Origin: Acidimicrobiia bacterium
GTDB lineage: Bacteria > Actinomycetota > Acidimicrobiia > IMCC26256 > JAENVU01
Direction: 5' to 3'
DNA length: 64,000 nucleotides
Assembly: GCA_046598395.1 (NCBI GenBank)
Contig: JBKJIQ010000047.1
Location: 7,290 to 71,289 of the forward strand
Shown: piece after piece, positions 1 to 8,364 of the stretch
Numbering within the stretch: position 1 is the first letter of the stretch
Layout of the letters: every line of letters starts with the position of its first letter
Position numbers and translations under genes: made by a program
The notes under the pieces: generated by a model
Database searches by the model: none
What the model was told of the DNA's origin: nothing
What the model saw: the letters and a program-made list of their open reading frames with translations, nothing else

Positions 1-1
1 G

Positions 2-436
2 GCCGCGGATGACGCGCTCGGGGTCGCGCTCGTCCTCGACGGTGTCGGCGCCGCGGAACGCGCGCTCGAACTCACGCTCGAATACGCGAAGGATCGCGAG
101 CAGTTCGGTAAACCCATCGGATCATTTCAAGCAGTACAACACCTCTGCGCCGACATGCTGCGCGCCGTCGAACTCGGCCGTGCCGCGGCGTACTACGCGG
201 CGTGGGCCTGCGACGGCACGGATCACGGTGAACGCCACCGAGCCGCCACCATGGCGCGCGCCTTTGCGGCCGATGGCTTCTACCGGGTGGCCGCAACGGC
301 GATGCAGGTGTTCGGCGGGATCGGGTTCACTTGGGAACACGACATCCACCTCTTCTACAAGCGCCTCCTCACCCTGCAACTTTTCGGCGGCAGTGCCGCC
401 GATCACTTGGAAGAACTTGCCGCGATGGTCCTCTGA
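2..436 (+). CDS. Acyl-CoA dehydrogenase, C-terminal part (5' truncated by window edge)
   Basis: Frame open from base 2: ALELTLEYAKDREQFGKPIGSFQAVQH...AMQVFGGIGFTWEHDIHLFYKR, the ACAD C-terminal signature. Confidence 0.9.
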   Translation, partial: AADDALGVALVLDGVGAAERALELTLEYAKDREQFGKPIGSFQAVQHLCADMLRAVELGRAAAYYAAWACDGTDHGERHRAATMARAFAADGFYRVAATAMQVFGGIGFTWEHDIHLFYKRLLTLQLFGGSAADHLEELAAMVL

Positions 437-1737
437 GTTCCTCGCCGCACCATCGCGCCGACGGCAACCGCGGCGAGGATCACGATCGTTGGTTCGGCGG
501 GGACCCGAAACCGGGTTTGGCCATAGGACAGCAGCGCGCCGACGGTCACGATGGCGGGCGGAACCAGAAACGGCCACACCCGCACCCGGCGACGCCGAAG
601 GAGCACTGCGCCACCGATCGCCAGTGCAGCGAGCGGATAGTAAAACCACATGCCGAGGGTCGTCACCCAGCGGGGCCGACCTTCGCTTTCGTTGATGAAC
701 GGCATGTCGTTCGGTTGGAACACTCCCCAGTCCCGCCCCACGCGTGCGGCCACCACCTTGAGGAACTGACCTCGACGGCCGTGGTTGATGTAGTCGAACG
801 CACGCTGGCGGTACAGCTTCGAGATCACCGACTGATCCCCCGGCGGCGCGTGCTTCGGAATGCACACCTGCAGGTTCGTCAGTCCAATCGCATGGCCGAA
901 GAACACCGCATCGCAGGTGGATCCGAGAATCGCGATTCCGTCATTCGTGGAAATGAACGTGGGCTCGTCAAACCGGCTGAGGTTGAAGCTGACCCACGGT
1001 CCGACCGCCAACACAACCCCGGCTGCAATGGCGGCCAGACCCGGAAGGCGTGGACGAAGCGCTCGACGCCAGGACCACAGCAACCCGAGCGCAAACAATG
1101 GGGCGAGGAGGATGAGTTCAGCGCGCGCCAACGCACCCAGTCCGCACAACACACCCAACGCCAGCGCCGTTGGCCACTTCCAAACGTCGATGAGCCGCAG
1201 CAGGAGCAGCAACGCACCCGTCACACACAGGACCGCAAGGGACTCGCTCATGATCAGTCCGTCGTTGACCCAGAGATATGGATAGACCGCGGCGATACCA
1301 GCAGCACAGAGACCCGCGGTTTCGCCGGCGAGGCGGCGGGCCAGCAAGGCCATCAACACGATGCCGAAGAGCCCGAAGAGCAGCATTTCGAACCGCACGA
1401 TCAGTTGTGTGGTCGACTCCGCGAAACCGATCTGATCACCGGCCCAGATGATCGGGAGAATCGCGAACACGGTCAGTGGTGGGTGGTCCGCGGCGGGCCG
1501 CGACAAACGGGTGTGGCCCGGAAGAAACTCGAACGGGTCGTTGTATCCGTGTCCTTGTCCCAACTGGCGAGCTTGCAGCTCGTAATAGCTCGCGTCGTAG
1601 AAGGTGTGGTCGTGACGGGCCACCGCCAGGATGAACGTGGTCCGGATGCTCGCGGCAAGCACCAGGATGAGCAGCACCGCAACGCGAAACCGGCGCGCTA
1701 CGGGTTCCGACGTTCGACTCGTCCCTCCCTCCAACAC
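403..1737 (-). CDS. GT-C fold membrane glycosyltransferase (PMT_2/GT39-like)
   Basis: Polytopic membrane protein with TM1 followed by YDASYY, an HPPL motif, LMSESL and a C-terminal RFRVP motif. Confidence 0.75.
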   Translation of the reverse strand: MLEGGTSRTSEPVARRFRVAVLLILVLAASIRTTFILAVARHDHTFYDASYYELQARQLGQGHGYNDPFEFLPGHTRLSRPAADHPPLTVFAILPIIWAGDQIGFAESTTQLIVRFEMLLFGLFGIVLMALLARRLAGETAGLCAAGIAAVYPYLWVNDGLIMSESLAVLCVTGALLLLLRLIDVWKWPTALALGVLCGLGALARAELILLAPLFALGLLWSWRRALRPRLPGLAAIAAGVVLAVGPWVSFNLSRFDEPTFISTNDGIAILGSTCDAVFFGHAIGLTNLQVCIPKHAPPGDQSVISKLYRQRAFDYINHGRRGQFLKVVAARVGRDWGVFQPNDMPFINESEGRPRWVTTLGMWFYYPLAALAIGGAVLLRRRRVRVWPFLVPPAIVTVGALLSYGQTRFRVPAEPTIVILAAVAVGAMVRRGTQRTIAASSSK

Positions 1738-1768
1738 CGGCCTGACGTTAGTGGTGGTGCAGCTCGGA

Positions 1769-2974
1769 TCAGCGGTGTGTCGTCAGGAGCAGTGCGCCCG
1801 CGAGGGGTCCGCCGCCGGCACACGCAACTCCAACCTCCGGTGATCCCGGCACTTGGCGGGGTCCGCCTTCGCCCCAGAGTTGGGTGCAGGCCTCGTGGAG
1901 AAATCCATAGCCGTGCAGCCGACCGGCCGAGAGCTGTCCGCCGTGAGTGTTCAGCGGCAGCACACCGCCCTCTCTCGCGATGTTCTGGCCGCCTTCAACG
2001 AACGCACCGGACTCGCCGTGACCGCAGAAGCCCATGGCTTCCAGCCACGCCAATGTGATGAACGTGAAGCCGTCGTACATTTCGGCAAGTTCCACGTCTG
2101 CCGGTTTGAGATCGGTTCTCGTCCACATCTGCGCGCCCGCGTCGCGACACGCCATCGTGGTGAGATCGTCGAACTGATCCCAACTCGGTCGACCGCGTAG
2201 CGCGGTGCCGACGGCCTCGACATGAATCGGGGGCTTGCGCAGATCTGCAATGGTGTCGACGTGCGACACGATCACCGCAGTGCCGCCGTCGCAGGGGACG
2301 TCGCAGTCGTAGAGGCTGAGCGGGCTGGAGACCATTCTGACGTTCAGGTAGTCGTCCATGGTCATGGGAACCGTGTAAATCGCCTTCGGGTTCAATGCCG
2401 CGTTCTTCCGGGCGTTGAGCGCGATCTGACCCATCTGTTCGCGGGTCGTGCCGAACTCGTGAAAATGCCGTTGGGCCATAAGTGCGATCCACGGTGCCGC
2501 TGACGGCGCGGCGAACGGCAGCGTCCACTCCATGAACCCCGAGGCTCGGAAGTTGGAGCTACCACCGCCGCCGGGCATCGTGGACGCACGACCTTTGTCG
2601 CCTTGGGCACTCCCCTCCCAGACGCTCCGGAAACACAGCACGTGATTCGCGAGACCGGCGGCCACCGCCAGGCAAGCGCCGATGACCGAGCCCAGCTGGC
2701 CCGGCGATTCAATGCCTCCCGACCACCATCCGAGTTCCAGCCGGAGCGCGTCCTGCACATCGACCACGCCGGCGCCGCTGAAGCCCGGGGGTGTGGCCAT
2801 CGGACCCGGATAGGTTGCGATGCCGTCGATGTCCTTGGTCGTCAGCCCTGCATCGGCGATCGCCGCGAGGCATGCGTCGAGGGTGAGTTCAAGCGGATCG
2901 CGGAACAGTCGACGCCCCACGTCTGACTGGCCAACCCCGCTGATGACGGTCGACTTCTCGATGAACTTCGACAC
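1769..2974 (-). CDS. SCP-x/Ltp2-like thiolase-fold protein
   Basis: ISGVGQS start, YDCDVPCDGG, MYDGF and LNTHGGQLS motifs; GTG start at 2974 next to the stop of the upstream OB-fold gene. Confidence 0.85.
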   Translation of the reverse strand: MSKFIEKSTVISGVGQSDVGRRLFRDPLELTLDACLAAIADAGLTTKDIDGIATYPGPMATPPGFSGAGVVDVQDALRLELGWWSGGIESPGQLGSVIGACLAVAAGLANHVLCFRSVWEGSAQGDKGRASTMPGGGGSSNFRASGFMEWTLPFAAPSAAPWIALMAQRHFHEFGTTREQMGQIALNARKNAALNPKAIYTVPMTMDDYLNVRMVSSPLSLYDCDVPCDGGTAVIVSHVDTIADLRKPPIHVEAVGTALRGRPSWDQFDDLTTMACRDAGAQMWTRTDLKPADVELAEMYDGFTFITLAWLEAMGFCGHGESGAFVEGGQNIAREGGVLPLNTHGGQLSAGRLHGYGFLHEACTQLWGEGGPRQVPGSPEVGVACAGGGPLAGALLLTTHR

Positions 2975-2975
2975 G

Positions 2976-3404
2976 TCAGCCCTCCGGCTCTGGTTCGAAG
3001 AGCGGTATGTAGATCTCGTCACCGTCGTCCGAGTGATGTTCAAACGTGACGCGCATCGGCATACCGATCACGAGATCCTCGGGCGAGCAGTTCACGATAT
3101 TGGTCGTGAGCCGTAGTCCAACCTGTTCGGGAAGCTCGACGATCGCGATCACGTACGGCAACTCCGGGCCCGGCATCCACGGCTGATGGTTGACGGTAAA
3201 GGTGTGCAAGGTCGCGGCACCGGACACGGTTGCCGGGGCGAGATCTTTGGAGTGACAGATCGGACAGATGGGTGTGGGCGGATGGTTGTAGTAGCCGCAC
3301 GCTTGGCAGCGTAGGAACCGCAGCTCGCCGCGCGCGCCGGCGGTCCAGAACTCTCGATTCAGATCGGTGAGCCTCGGAAGGATTCGGAACGGGACTTCAC
3401 TCAT
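2976..3404 (-). CDS. DUF35 Zn-ribbon/OB-fold protein
   Basis: FWTAGARGELRFLRCQACG...PICPICHS, ATLHTFTV, PYVIAIVEL; start overlaps the upstream stop (ATGAGTGA). Confidence 0.9.
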   Translation of the reverse strand: MSEVPFRILPRLTDLNREFWTAGARGELRFLRCQACGYYNHPPTPICPICHSKDLAPATVSGAATLHTFTVNHQPWMPGPELPYVIAIVELPEQVGLRLTTNIVNCSPEDLVIGMPMRVTFEHHSDDGDEIYIPLFEPEPEG

Positions 3405-3729
3405 CTTCGGGAATCTCCGCCGCGTCGAACCCGTCACGTGCCACCGGTATTGCCTCCACGGCTGCGAGCATTCCGAACGCAGGCACCGTCAACATGATCG
3501 AGCCCAACACCTCGTCCCACTCGGCGCCCACTTCGGCGGCCAGTTGTGCGTGCCGCCGGATCCCCGCCGGGTTTCGCAGTACCACCGTGCAGACGAGTCG
3601 GATGAGTTCGTGGGTCTTGCGGTCCGGAGCCGGCAAAGAATCGATCTGGCTCAGCCATGCGCTCTGCGCGTCGTGAAGCGCGGGAAACGCCTGATGTAAC
3701 GGCTCCTCAAACGGAAAGCTCCAGCCCAT
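3397..3729 (-). CDS. Carboxymuconolactone decarboxylase/AhpD-like protein
   Basis: DRKTHELIRLVCTVVL...RHAQLAAEVGAEWDEV pattern typical of the CMD family. Confidence 0.7.
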   Translation of the reverse strand: MGWSFPFEEPLHQAFPALHDAQSAWLSQIDSLPAPDRKTHELIRLVCTVVLRNPAGIRRHAQLAAEVGAEWDEVLGSIMLTVPAFGMLAAVEAIPVARDGFDAAEIPEDE

Positions 3730-3733
3730 GCGT

Positions 3734-4144
3734 TCAGCTCGCGGGACGGAACTGGACAATGGTGATGTCCTCCGAGGTCGGATGAAACACGGCCTCGAGT
3801 TCCATCTCGGTCGCGAGAAGCTCGAAATCGCAGTCGACCACGTTCGTCATCATCCGTGGACCTTCAGCCAGATCCACGATTGCGGCCACGTACGGGACCC
3901 GTTCGGGGAACGGAGGGAGATCGTTGCGATGCACCACCGACCATGTGTAAAGCGTGGCTCGACCGCTCGCCTCGAACCATTCCACGTCGTCGCTCCAGCA
4001 GTGGGGACAGAACGGACGCGGATAGAAATGGAACCGCTCACAGGTGTTGCAGCGCTTGATCAGGAGCCGACCTTCCCGCGCCGCGTCCCAGAAGGGTTGG
4101 GTCTCGAGATCGGGCTGGGGAAGATCGAATCGCATCGTCGTCAC
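3734..4144 (-). CDS. DUF35 Zn-ribbon/OB-fold protein
   Basis: PFWDAAREGRLLIKRCNTC...PRPFCPHCWS, LYTWSVVH, PYVAAIVDLAEGPRMMTNVV; GTGA overlap with the MaoC gene. Confidence 0.9.
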   Translation of the reverse strand: MTTMRFDLPQPDLETQPFWDAAREGRLLIKRCNTCERFHFYPRPFCPHCWSDDVEWFEASGRATLYTWSVVHRNDLPPFPERVPYVAAIVDLAEGPRMMTNVVDCDFELLATEMELEAVFHPTSEDITIVQFRPAS

Positions 4145-4572
4145 GGTGTTGGGGCGATCGCCGCGACTGCGACTCCGGACAGCTTGGTCTCCCCGTCCTG
4201 ATTCGTCACCGTGCACTCCAGGTCGACGCGCGCCTCGGACCCTTCGTCGTAGGTCCGTTCGACCATCACGTGGGTGGTCAACACCTCGCCGGGCCACGTC
4301 TGCTTCGTGAAACGGATCTTGTACTTCCGGAGATTGCCCACGCCCACAAAATCGGTAATCGCCTTACCGAGCAGACCGGCGGTGAACATCCCGTGGCCGA
4401 ACACGCTCGGGAGTCCCGTTGCTTGGGCCTGTACCTCGTCGGTATGCATCGGGTTGAAGTCACCCGATGCACCGGCGTACATCACCAAATCGGTGCGGGT
4501 GAGTGCGTGGGAGAACTCGGGCGCCGCGTCACCCACGGACAAGTCGCTGAAACACAGCTTCGGTTCTGTCAT
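4141..4572 (-). CDS. MaoC family (R)-hydratase
   Basis: YAGASGDFNPMH and FGHGMFT hydratase motifs. Confidence 0.9.
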   Translation of the reverse strand: MTEPKLCFSDLSVGDAAPEFSHALTRTDLVMYAGASGDFNPMHTDEVQAQATGLPSVFGHGMFTAGLLGKAITDFVGVGNLRKYKIRFTKQTWPGEVLTTHVMVERTYDEGSEARVDLECTVTNQDGETKLSGVAVAAIAPTP

Positions 4573-4610
4573 GGGGCGTCAGTGTCCCCGTTGCCTGACA
4601 CGAGCGTCAA
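4573..4610 (-). promoter_or_regulatory. Leaderless-type promoter (TTGACG-18 nt-GACACT-8 nt-ATG) overlapped by operator CTGACACGAGCGTCAA (4595-4610)
   Basis: Read directly; the motif recurs at 13409, 17458, 23339 and 36404. Confidence 0.6.
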
Positions 4611-4656
4611 CTCCAAGCGTCGATCCGCCGCTTCCGTCTGGGCAACCAAACTTCCG

Positions 4657-4703
4657 GCGCTTGTCGGATCGTGTGCGGCTACCGCCACCTATTCGACAAG
4701 CGC
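4657..4703. repeat. Intergenic inverted repeat (terminator or REP-like)
   Basis: GCGCTTGTCG (4657-4666) and CGACAAGCGC (4694-4703), 27 nt apart, downstream of the propeller gene. Confidence 0.55.
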
Positions 4704-4734
4704 TACTGGGCTTGCGCGCTTTCTCGGCTGCGGA

Positions 4735-6033
4735 TTAGGACCGGGCGTAGGCGGCGACGGTCCCGTTCGCGGTGGGGACGTAGACGCGACCGTTGGCCAC
4801 TTCGACGCCACCCGCGGCGGCGCCGACGTTCGTGTCCCACAGAGCCGAGCAGACGCGCGTCGTGGCCGAACACTGCGCGACGCCCGCAGCGTCGAACGCC
4901 TGCACGGTGCCATCCGACGATGAGACATAGACGAGACCGTTCGCGACCGCGGGGGCCGTGACATTCGGACCGACGAATGCTTTCCACAGCGGGAAGCACA
5001 CCTTCGGCGTACCCGAACAGTTGGTGACGCCGTGCGCGTCGTAGGCGCGCAGTTGCGAACCAATCGACCGATAAAGGATGCCGTTCGTGATTGCCGGTGC
5101 GGCATCGGCGGCGCTCGCCACGACATCGGTCGACCACAGCGGCGCGCAGAGTTTGGGCGATCCAGAGCATCCGGTCGTGCCGGTTGCGTCGAATCCCACC
5201 AGGCGCTCTCCATCTGCTGAGTGGTATCCGGTGATGACTACACCACCGCTCACTACCACGCTGCGCGTCGGTGGCCCCGGCAACGCCGCGCTCCAAAGCT
5301 GCGCTCCCGCGGCATCGGTACCGTCAAACGCGAACCGTGACCCGGCGTTCACGCCGACCGGGCCGTAGACCGCGTAGACCACTCCGCCCGCCACTGCCGG
5401 CGAGGCGGTGGTGCCACCCGAGGACCCTCCGCCGACATACGCCTGCCAACTCGCCGAACACGCAGCTCCGGAAAAGGCTGCGACACACGTCGGCGTCTCC
5501 GGGCTTGGATGGCCGTAGAGATAGACCTGCTCGGCGCCATGGATGCTGAACCCGCCGTAGTTGAAGTGCATCGTTCCCACATCAGTAGGCCCGCCGGAAA
5601 TCCTCGCGTCGTAATCCAGCCAACGCACGGCGCAGGATTTCGGCACGCCGCTGCAGCCCGTATTGCCGTCGGCGTCGAATGCTGCGGTGCCCAGGTACAA
5701 CGTGGACCCGATGACATCGGGAGCGCCGCCGAACGTGGTCGACCACTGGGGCGAGCACACCGAGCCAACACAGCCGTTCTGTCCATCGGCTGCGTAGACC
5801 CGTGTGGGAGACCCGTCGACGTAGATGTGGTTCCTGGCTACGACGAACGCTGGGATCACCGACGGGGTTGCGGAGGCAACGGAAAACGATTTCGTCAATG
5901 ACGCCCCGTTCGCCGCCGCGATATTCGTCTCGAACGGGTTCGCTCCGGCGTTGCCGGCATCGAAACGGGGTCGGGCCCAACCGCACCCCGCTCCGACGAA
6001 ACCCAGCACACACACGATCGCATACCGTCGCAT
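4735..6033 (-). CDS. PQQ-like beta-propeller repeat lipoprotein with repeated Cys-pair loops
   Basis: Signal peptide and lipobox (VGAGC); blades of type PAVAxGxVYV...AFDA...C..C..LW. Confidence 0.75.
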   Translation of the reverse strand: MRRYAIVCVLGFVGAGCGWARPRFDAGNAGANPFETNIAAANGASLTKSFSVASATPSVIPAFVVARNHIYVDGSPTRVYAADGQNGCVGSVCSPQWSTTFGGAPDVIGSTLYLGTAAFDADGNTGCSGVPKSCAVRWLDYDARISGGPTDVGTMHFNYGGFSIHGAEQVYLYGHPSPETPTCVAAFSGAACSASWQAYVGGGSSGGTTASPAVAGGVVYAVYGPVGVNAGSRFAFDGTDAAGAQLWSAALPGPPTRSVVVSGGVVITGYHSADGERLVGFDATGTTGCSGSPKLCAPLWSTDVVASAADAAPAITNGILYRSIGSQLRAYDAHGVTNCSGTPKVCFPLWKAFVGPNVTAPAVANGLVYVSSSDGTVQAFDAAGVAQCSATTRVCSALWDTNVGAAAGGVEVANGRVYVPTANGTVAAYARS

Positions 6034-6092
6034 CCAGTCCCCCCGAGGTCTGGCGTGGAGTCTGCCACCATCAGGAAGCCTTGCGTTCTGGA

Positions 6093-8264
6093 TCAAGGAT
6101 CCTTCGGAAGTCCGAGTACCCGCTCACCCACGATGTTGCGCTGAATCTCGCTGGTTCCGCCGGCGATCGTGAGGTTCCGGGTGAACAGGAACTGGTGCGC
6201 CCAGCCCATCGCCTCGCCCTCGAATACCGCACCGGCGGCGCCGAAGAGTGCCAGACCAACCTCCTGAACGCGCTGATCGTGTTCCACCCCGAGCAACTTG
6301 CGCACCGATGCTTCGGAGCCGGACGGGTCCGCGCCACCAAGTGCCGAGAGCATCAGCCGATGCCCGAGCACCGACAGCGCGTAGTCACGCGCCACGAGAT
6401 CGCCCGCCTCGGCCAATGCGGCGGTGTCATTGGTCAGCCCTTGTTCCCGAACGAGATCGAGCACGCCACGCACTCCACGTCCGATCGTGGTTCCGCTCCC
6501 CATGAACACCCGCTCGTTCGCAAGCGACGTGCGCGTGGCGCGCCATCCGTCGTGCTCGCGACCCACGAGACAGTCGTCGGGAACGAACACGTCGTCGAAG
6601 AACACCTCGTGAAAGAAGGCGTGGCCGGTGAGCTCACGGAGCGGACGAATGTCGATCCCGTCGGCGCTCATATCGAGCATGAAGAACGAGATCCCTTCGT
6701 GCTTCGGCACTTCGGGATCCGTCCGGGCGAGCAGAATTCCCCAGTCGGCTTCCTTCGCCATGGAAGTCCAGACCTTCTGACCGTTGATCAACCAACCACC
6801 TTCGATGCGCTCGGCGCGCGTCGAGAGCCCCGCGAGATCCGAACCTGCGCCCGGTTCACTGAAGAGTTGGCACCAGGCGATCTCGCCGCGCAAGGTGGGC
6901 GGGATCCAACGCTGCTGTTGTTCAGTGGTTCCGAACACCATTAGCGGCGGGAGTGCCCACGCGCCGATCATGAGACTTGGACGCGTCACCTTCGCGGCGC
7001 GGAACTCGTCGTCGATCACGAGCTGTTCGATCGCACTGGCGCTACGTCCCCACGGCATGGGCCACTGCGGCGCGAGGTACCCGGCATCCGCGAGGAGCCG
7101 GCGCGACTCGGGCGCATCGACACCATCGAGGCTCGCCACAAATGCGCGCACATCATCACGCCAATCGTTGGCCTCCTCGGGGAGGTCAACCTCCAAGCGG
7201 CGGTGCGCGCCATCCAATGCCAACCGAGCCGCTCGCACTCGCCAACCGTTGGAGGCGCCAATGAGCGAACGCGTGGTCATCGCACGCCGCAGATATACGT
7301 GGGCGTCATGTTCCCAAGTGAAGCCGATTCCACCCAGCACCTGCACACAGTCTTTGGCAGTCTCGAAGAACGCATCGATCGTGAGGGCACCGACCGCGGC
7401 CGCGGTGAGGCTTGCCGTGGTCGCATCGTGTGCGCCTCGGGCCGCATCCCAGACCGCGGCGCGAGCGAGTTCGGTACGGGCGAGCATGTTGGCGCACCGG
7501 TGCTTCACGCCCTGGAACTGTCCGATCGGGCGGCCAAACTGGCGGCGGTCGCGGGCATATTCCGCGGCCGTATCCACACACCATTGCGACGCGCCGACGG
7601 CCTCGGCGGCGAAGAGCAGCACTGCGAGGTCTCGAACCAATTCCGTGACCACCGACGGCAACCGTCGACTCCGTGAGATCGTGGCATCCACCATTACCTC
7701 AGCGACGCGCCGCGTGAGATCGACCGTCGGGAGTTCACGCGCTTCGTACTCCCCCGCGAGCAACACGACCCACCCGGCACCAGTGTCCGCGATCAGCAGC
7801 TCGCTCACATGACCGGAGAGGACGGGCGACAGCCGCCCTTCCACTCGCAGCTTTGCGCCAACATCGGTGGCCTGCACTGCACCAGTCAGCGCGACCGTAC
7901 CGACGAAGCCGGCGGCGGCCAGGCCCGGCAAGTACTCCGCCGCCGCGCTGTCCCCCGCGTCCGCTGCTCGCTGCAGCACTGCGCCAGCCAATGCGTGTGC
8001 CAGAAACGGTCCGGGTGCGCCAACGCGCCCGAGTTCCTCGAGCACCACCGCGAGCTCGAGGAGCGACGCTCCCTCGCCGCCGTATTCCTCGGTCACGTGG
8101 ATCCCGGGCCACCCTTGTCCCGACAGCTCCTGCCAGAACGTGGGCAGCGACTCAGTTGCCGCGTCGAGCATTGCCCGGGGCACGCTGGATGGGCACCGGC
8201 GTTCGGTCCAGCCTCGTACGGCGCGGTGGAGCTCCTGGTGTTCTTCGCTGATTCCAATCGGCAT
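6093..8264 (-). CDS. Fused two-domain acyl-CoA dehydrogenase (FadE34/ChsE3-like)
   Basis: 723 aa with two ACAD modules: RRQFGRPIGQFQGVKH...GGIGFTWEH, then WCQLFSEPGAGSDLA...TIAGGTSEIQRNI. Confidence 0.9.
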   Translation of the reverse strand: MPIGISEEHQELHRAVRGWTERRCPSSVPRAMLDAATESLPTFWQELSGQGWPGIHVTEEYGGEGASLLELAVVLEELGRVGAPGPFLAHALAGAVLQRAADAGDSAAAEYLPGLAAAGFVGTVALTGAVQATDVGAKLRVEGRLSPVLSGHVSELLIADTGAGWVVLLAGEYEARELPTVDLTRRVAEVMVDATISRSRRLPSVVTELVRDLAVLLFAAEAVGASQWCVDTAAEYARDRRQFGRPIGQFQGVKHRCANMLARTELARAAVWDAARGAHDATTASLTAAAVGALTIDAFFETAKDCVQVLGGIGFTWEHDAHVYLRRAMTTRSLIGASNGWRVRAARLALDGAHRRLEVDLPEEANDWRDDVRAFVASLDGVDAPESRRLLADAGYLAPQWPMPWGRSASAIEQLVIDDEFRAAKVTRPSLMIGAWALPPLMVFGTTEQQQRWIPPTLRGEIAWCQLFSEPGAGSDLAGLSTRAERIEGGWLINGQKVWTSMAKEADWGILLARTDPEVPKHEGISFFMLDMSADGIDIRPLRELTGHAFFHEVFFDDVFVPDDCLVGREHDGWRATRTSLANERVFMGSGTTIGRGVRGVLDLVREQGLTNDTAALAEAGDLVARDYALSVLGHRLMLSALGGADPSGSEASVRKLLGVEHDQRVQEVGLALFGAAGAVFEGEAMGWAHQFLFTRNLTIAGGTSEIQRNIVGERVLGLPKDP

Positions 8265-8292
8265 AGCTACGGATCGTAAGGGCCTGCGGAGA

Positions 8293-8335
8293 ATCTGACG
8301 AGTCGTCAGATCGGCATAGGCTGACCCTTCGTCAG
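8293..8335. promoter_or_regulatory. Two palindromic operators (ATCTGACGAGTCGTCAGAT 8293-8311; CTGACCCTTCGTCAG 8321-8335) in a divergent promoter region
   Basis: Perfect 8-bp arms in the first site; -10-like TAGGCT between the sites on +; TACGAT 8 nt before the ATG at 8264 on -. Confidence 0.7.
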
Positions 8336-8364
8336 CGGCCGCACCGCTCTTCAGGGGGATTCAT

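Noticed and set aside
331-2058. 575-aa + strand ORF and many other long antisense ORFs (e.g. 35526-37079, 50278-51936, 33036-34727 upstream part)
   Set aside because: Shadow frames of well-supported genes in high-GC DNA; Arg/Pro-rich, with no family motifs
6093-8264. Double-length acyl-CoA dehydrogenase as a novel fusion
   Set aside because: Known FadE34/ChsE3-type architecture in actinobacteria
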